From: a bacterium
GTDB taxonomy: Bacteria; Patescibacteriota; Patescibacteriia; UBA2591; MWDC01
Direction of reading: 5' to 3'
DNA: 51,461 nucleotides
Assembly (NCBI GenBank): GCA_021158435.1
Contig: JAGGUQ010000023.1
Span: 1-51,461 of the forward strand
Shown: in pieces, positions 48,701 to 51,461 of the stretch
How the letters are laid out: each line of letters starts with the position of its first letter
Position numbering within the stretch: the first letter of the stretch is position 1
The notes under the pieces: generated by a model
The model's database searches: none
What the model saw: only the letters and a program-made list of their open reading frames with translations
Told to the model about the DNA's origin: nothing
Made by a program: the position numbers and the translations under genes

Positions 48701-51461
48701 CTGCCTCTTGGATGTTCGCTGGTGTAACAAATTTAACTTTATAAGTATCAGAAGAATCTATCCCTAAAGCAAACTTGCCATTAGCTTGAGAATAAGTTTC
48801 ACTTCCCATTCCTCCAAAATAAACTGGTTCAATAATAACTGGAGCTTTATCTACAGAAGTAACTCCATCAGATAAAACTAACCTGCCAACAACTATTCCT
48901 TTATTTTCTCCTCCAAGAATAAACTTTCTGCGTTGAGAAATTCTATTATTGTTTGTGTTTTTTAAATAAACATCAACTAAACCAGTGCCAGCCAAAGATT
49001 CTGGCACCTGCGTAATAATTTGATTATTATTTAAACTAATAAAATCACTGCTGGTTTGGGTCACTGAATCACCCCAAATAACAATGACATCTTCGCTAAA
49101 ATTATTTCCAGAAATAATTACTTGCTCATTAGAATTTACTGAACAAGGATAAGAATAGCAAGAAGAATCCTCTTCATTACTAATAATATAATCTAATCTT
49201 GGGTCATTTTCAGGAGAAACAATTTGCCCGCTAAACTGACAACTAGGTACATACTCATTTTGAGTAAGATGCTTAATTTTATTTGCTTCCACTTCTAATT
49301 GCCAATTATCTCCTTCGCTTAAACCTAAAGATTCAAGTCCGTATATTCTCATTATATTAGTATTGCTATCATACTCAGTTATCATATTATAAGGGGCAAA
49401 ACGGCTTAAGTTGCGAACAGTCAAAGGATTGCCTGTTTTAAAAATATAATTCCTTAAATCAGCAGCGCTATAAGTTTCTTCCCCTATTTCAGCAAAAGAA
49501 TCTAATGGTTCATTAACTACTGGTTTATCAAAAGTAATTTCAATTGCCCGGGTAGTTACTACTACATTAGTAATATGAGGGGTTGCTGACTCAACATTTA
49601 AAGAAAATTGTTTTTTATGCCAAAATCCTCCTTTGTCTGGATCAGTAATAGCACTATCTTCTACTTTGATTGTAAAAGTATAATTTCCAGCTGAACTAGG
49701 CAAACCTGTTAAAGTACAATTTTCATTTAAAGTTATTCCTGGGGGCAAAGTTCCACTAGACAAAAAACAAACATAAGGAGGCTCGCCTCCAGTTACTTGA
49801 ACTAATTGATTGTACTCAGTACCAACTGAAGCACTAGGCAAAGATTCTGTAGTGATTCTTGGTAGCTGGAAAATCAATATCCTTTGATTATCCATATCAC
49901 TTATATATAACTTCCTATTTACCTCGTCTATTTCTGGTATTTCAGGAAACCAAAAACTGCTTTGAGTAACTGGTGGCTGAATGCCTCCATTTTCATCAAG
50001 ATATCCTTCACTAAAATTCTCTTGCCCTAAGACATTAATTGCTGGTTCCCCATTTGTTATTTCTGAAACATCAAAAACTGTAACTCTTTGCCCAGTATAT
50101 TCAACAACAAAAAGCCAGTTATTTACAGAATCATAAGCTACACCTCTAGGTTTTAAAAGAACATCTTGGGCTAACGGCCCTCCTTTTTTGTTAATTTTAC
50201 TAGTAAAATCAGGTTGGCCAATGACATTAATTGCTGGCTCTCCGTCTGTTATTTCTGAAACATCAAAAACCATTACTCTGTTGTTCTCTTTATCAGCAAC
50301 AAATAATCTCTGAGAATCTTCATCTAAAGCTAAATCATAAGGTGTATTTAAACTATTTTCATTTGTTCCTGCTGTACCAGTAGTAAAATCAGGCTGGCCA
50401 ATGACATTAATTGCCGGCTCTCCATTTGTTATTTCTGAAACATCAAAAACCATTACTCTGTTGTTCTTTTTATCAGCAACAAATAAACGCTGGCTATTTG
50501 AATCAAAAGCCAAACCTCTTGGACCATTCAAGCCTGAAGCTGTTGTTGTTGCATTGTAAATAGTAAAATTAATCTGCCCCAAAACAAAACTAGCATTCAT
50601 TCCATTTGTAATGCCATTTGATAAATCAAAAACTAAAACTCGGTTATTATAAGCATCTGAAACAAATAAATAATTTCTTGATGAATCAAGTGCTACATTA
50701 TGAGGATATTCAAAACCTGCCTTACCTTCGCCAATATCACCACTCAAAAAATCAGGCTGGCCTAAAACATAATCAGCATAATGGTCAATTAAATTATTAT
50801 TTTCATCCAAGTTATAAATTAAAATACGATTATTATTTTCATCAGTTACAAACAATCTATGATTAACTCTATCCAGAAAAACATCATCAGGCATATTAAG
50901 ACCTGTATCATCTATTGGAGAACCCATTTGATTTGCTTCCGCAAAATTCCAAACAGGCTTACCTCCTCTAGTTGTATGTCCTAACAAAAAACTGGCATTC
51001 ATTCCATTTGTAATGCCATTTGATAAATCAAAAACAACTATCCTGCTATTTCCATAATCTCCAACATACAACTCTTCAGTATAAGGATTATAAGCTATGC
51101 CTCGAGGTTCATTTAACCCAGTCTGACTTGTTGCTGCTGTATTAGAAGTAAAATTAATCTGCCCTAAAACAAAACTAGCCTCCATTCCATTTGTAATGCC
51201 ATTTGATAAATCAAAAACTAAAACCCGGTTATTATTAGTATCAGTTACAAATAATCTTTGGTTAGCAGCATCGTACTCTACTCCATAAGGAGTATTTAAA
51301 CTATTCTCATTTGTTCCTGTTGCACCAGTAGTAAAACCAGGCTGGCCAATGACATTAATTGCTGGCTCTCCATTTGTTATTTCTGAAACATCAAAAACCA
51401 TCACTCTGTTTGCACCTTCTCCATTAACCACAAATAATCTTTGATTAACTGAATCTAAAGC
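42795..51461 (-). CDS. Giant multi-domain surface/adhesin-like protein (more than 2888 aa). Partial: the N-terminus lies beyond the right edge.
   Basis: The track start at 51431 is an internal GTG. The frame stays open to 51461 and reads ALDSVNQRLFV, which is another repeat unit. Domain order, N to C: NHL/YWTD-like beta-propeller repeats (NNRVMVFDVSEITNGEPAINVIGQP and NNRVLVFDLSNGITNGM types); a He_PIG-type Ig domain (PPYVCFLSSGTLPPGITL...GNYTFTIKVED); about 15 or more carboxypeptidase-regulatory-like and SdrD-B-like beta-sandwich repeats (TDENGKF.F.G...G.Y.LE); a G/S/E/P-rich linker; and two C-terminal modules of the type DSPAVWLI..G.K..F. Confidence 0.85.
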   Translation of the reverse strand, partial: ALDSVNQRLFVVNGEGANRVMVFDVSEITNGEPAINVIGQPGFTTGATGTNENSLNTPYGVEYDAANQRLFVTDTNNNRVLVFDLSNGITNGMEASFVLGQINFTSNTAATSQTGLNEPRGIAYNPYTEELYVGDYGNSRIVVFDLSNGITNGMNASFLLGHTTRGGKPVWNFAEANQMGSPIDDTGLNMPDDVFLDRVNHRLFVTDENNNRILIYNLDENNNLIDHYADYVLGQPDFLSGDIGEGKAGFEYPHNVALDSSRNYLFVSDAYNNRVLVFDLSNGITNGMNASFVLGQINFTIYNATTTASGLNGPRGLAFDSNSQRLFVADKKNNRVMVFDVSEITNGEPAINVIGQPDFTTGTAGTNENSLNTPYDLALDEDSQRLFVADKENNRVMVFDVSEITDGEPAINVIGQPDFTSKINKKGGPLAQDVLLKPRGVAYDSVNNWLFVVEYTGQRVTVFDVSEITNGEPAINVLGQENFSEGYLDENGGIQPPVTQSSFWFPEIPEIDEVNRKLYISDMDNQRILIFQLPRITTESLPSASVGTEYNQLVQVTGGEPPYVCFLSSGTLPPGITLNENCTLTGLPSSAGNYTFTIKVEDSAITDPDKGGFWHKKQFSLNVESATPHITNVVVTTRAIEITFDKPVVNEPLDSFAEIGEETYSAADLRNYIFKTGNPLTVRNLSRFAPYNMITEYDSNTNIMRIYGLESLGLSEGDNWQLEVEANKIKHLTQNEYVPSCQFSGQIVSPENDPRLDYIISNEEDSSCYSYPCSVNSNEQVIISGNNFSEDVIVIWGDSVTQTSSDFISLNNNQIITQVPESLAGTGLVDVYLKNTNNNRISQRRKFILGGENKGIVVGRLVLSDGVTSVDKAPVIIEPVYFGGMGSETYSQANGKFALGIDSSDTYKVKFVTPANIQEAAPSEVSKVSVNLGDVVNLGTKQFKTATISGYVKAPAEQGSGVLEGAIVRVYKYDWSIEQKAITGKDGSFRIYVDNSGTSSITLGIEAEPSDYHNYVLNYKPSVSGGYDQVLDPGEIKTDINIYLTQINVTGTIKTPPGNETESNPYPDTVVPYANVCLHTQDWSYEQWTQTDENGIFYFGGAPQGENYILEIEPPYSGEFSSYARTRISGLKIGPEANGYNSETKITNFNYDDQAQNQALRISIPNVFGRVLAGGSPVPNAWVSLYRESLRYETSTDENGKFRFGGVGIGKYTLEVDPGENSSYSRYQGEVEISSETENILEDISLSEPNVKGYVFGPSGSEGQSNVWVEICPSQNPGICYGDNTNNNGYFAIGIVPDGTWRVSLYVDSWSSVFTAPANKTLVISNGIPVSLDGTPVSGDIVLRLVDPSEGGLKGKVCAPGDSLDCEHPQANVGVNLRPLNSTTDFRWSQTNESGEFAFGEVLSGVYEIEIDPWGSSDYARKTYQITINSDNSVLVDETNFENRNIVLFLSSPNIIGHIYSPVLEAGQDSLVNPNPNQPIQRGWVNLFKEGGVEAGNKWYGASTDDNGRFVFGGVKAGTNYILEVEPGWGSVYSRKTYTGITLTDLDNDGLADECSYNGSNDSDPTDGICDLDSLLGTSTNLPDPTKALRVSIPVLRGQIVSPDDKPISNCWVMVYDQSWTNQAGSNTDENGYFRIGGLPDGTYQIEINMPWGTEQAYAAPSGLSVKIQNGVGNILKDGSVLTNNKITLTTPLKTLIGYVYKDVNDNNSFDSGIDTPVFGAKVYANHDMGGGFFETTTDENGKYVLKLSSGSWWVNVSPDWSNVNPDWVYTFPPSKINFASNSNKECKGSVDDCALEDNTATVVGSGLDFKVEETDAIITGYVKLPDGTAVANAWVQANRGHMPGNGDETDSNGKFLIKVPAGNYEVTVSAMTADYGAPNLVKVKALSGQTTNIGTLYLKSRSAHIRGSVTDSTGNAIGGVMINAWQIDGPGWANTFTDSQTGAYDLLVNQGTWGIMVTPMSDKYVYQGGPLEISVKKNEISTNNNFVLQIADTTLKVSVVNSQGERVEDFWGAVWVKDNSANNMIDFGKPMEDMMIKGGLMDEGGEMSDVFGGGMRKEGFQGGVLINGYTEIKIPGGTESSPREYEIGLNCPPGSSYTLKQTKVIQVVSGNDQEVELVVDENNATVQGYLYVDKNNNNSYDSGEEVSGISAFINAHRSNGAWQMTESNSDGFYTLDLSPGSWYVDVWVDPNLSSSSDKYIASEREVSLSITAGETITQNFKLEKLDSSISGKVLDPDGQPMENVWVFVDYGAQALEDINKPHLGLGAFTDAEGNYTLNVPAGTYKIGAGLPPWDTRELINPDLLTVTVGSGQTKTGNNLSFKTASATISGNITLDGELQSCYIRAWSENGGATGTYSADGSYSLNVSANDTWYVSAVTKIDNLLYESDETTVETREGTNTVNLILEAKNVDVPEARTVSFDAATSKTIILSDGLEVNIPAGALASSGTVTVSITPKIQAQPDSKEKPLGIVYDFEATDANGRIISNFNSDIQIIIPYDEDLVQSAGYTENQLRSRYFNETTNTWENWKSVTQDTENNVFIVTTDHFTSGGLTGGRTNEEGSQGEEEGSTSAPPPPSTRYNPPKNLSILINNGDEKTISRTVELTIQAENAKWMMISNEPEFLGREWEDYSETKTWVLSIGDGQKTVYAKFMSKDYTISNIVSDDIFLEEEVVSLPLTEGDLVKTKDSPAVWLIAGGEKHVFPHYSVYHSWGYSPDYSVVKTISPQTLNSYKEGDPVPFRDGSLFRGTTKSLYGKESSAVFFVENGKLRPIKSEKIYQELFNDPEWNFVAWIPDDLLSKFQYPLGEEIDSSDIHPDGSLVKYKDSPTVYLIKDSKKRPFISWDVFVKNGYKKERIITIEKTETYETGEIIDQIESCLVSPFRAAVFDY

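Noticed and set aside
2676-50866. About 30 short ORFs of 60-120 aa that lie antisense or out of frame inside long genes. Examples are 2676-2936, 4153-4347, 8313-8522, 13058-13240, 16231-16419, 19522-19773, 20820-21149, 23130-23357, 28405-28620, 29467-30088, 32086-32553, 34435-34626, 35629-35832, 36539-36874, 38382-38615, 40425-40640, 41250-41501, 44092-44376, 45373-45612, 47471-47857 and 50618-50866.
   Set aside because: Each is fully nested in a well-supported longer gene. They have low-complexity or hydrophobic junk composition typical of AT-rich shadow frames, and none shows a recognisable motif.
1-51461. Alternative genetic code (UGA recoding, as in some CPR lineages).
   Set aside because: Long ORFs are intact under the standard code, and TGA functions as a stop at the well-defined gene junction 23083-23085.
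42795-51461. The giant repeat protein as the target of a diversity-generating retroelement.
   Set aside because: No reverse transcriptase gene or template-repeat/variable-repeat pair with adenine-specific mismatches is visible in the window. The internal repeats are ordinary tandem domain duplications.

Overview
This is an AT-rich (roughly one-third GC by eye), very gene-dense bacterial window that uses the standard genetic code: TGA acts as a stop in the ATGA overlap at 23082-23085. The gene content looks like a Candidate Phyla Radiation / Patescibacteria-type genome. That placement is inference from gene content, not a search result. Supporting traits are compact housekeeping genes, many overlapping gene ends, broken-up classical operons, a type IV pilus plus ComF locus, PEP synthase with duplicated iPGM, a giant repeat surface protein and an S8 protease with FG-GAP repeats.

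Contents, left to right:
- 1-6352: a partial S8 peptidase that is missing from the ORF track, then pcm, gyrA and cca.
- 6433-7097: a tRNA/rpmG mosaic unit, in order Thr-Tyr-Thr-rpmG-Trp-Cys.
- 7142-10867: a 5'-3' exonuclease, holA, rpsT, two small orphan ORFs, ruvA and rplU.
- 10879-16985: an atypical membrane-anchored Clp/Hsp100 ATPase with a small membrane partner, sitting downstream of rpmH-rnpA-yidD-yidC, then rny.
- 17100-21957: a GC-rich structured repeat, tRNA-Arg, ftsX, dnaE and an internally deleted tnpB (IS605-family) relic carrying a second copy of the GC-rich repeat.
- 21958-34924: a membrane protein, thrS, miaB, miaA, gatB, ppsA, two tandem gpmI paralogs, tRNA-Lys and tRNA-Val.
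- 34949-51461: the pilus operon pilM-N-O-(small)-pilB-pilT-like-pilC, divergent comF, and a surface protein of more than 2880 aa that runs off the right edge.

I found no CRISPR array, rRNA, reverse transcriptase or recognisable defence system. The candidates most worth follow-up are the membrane-anchored zinc-finger Clp ATPase module, the tnpB-derived mini-element and its dispersed structured repeat, the degenerate PilT paralog and long-linker PilN, and the giant adhesin-like protein. All protein calls rest on motif recognition by eye. No database or HMM search was possible.
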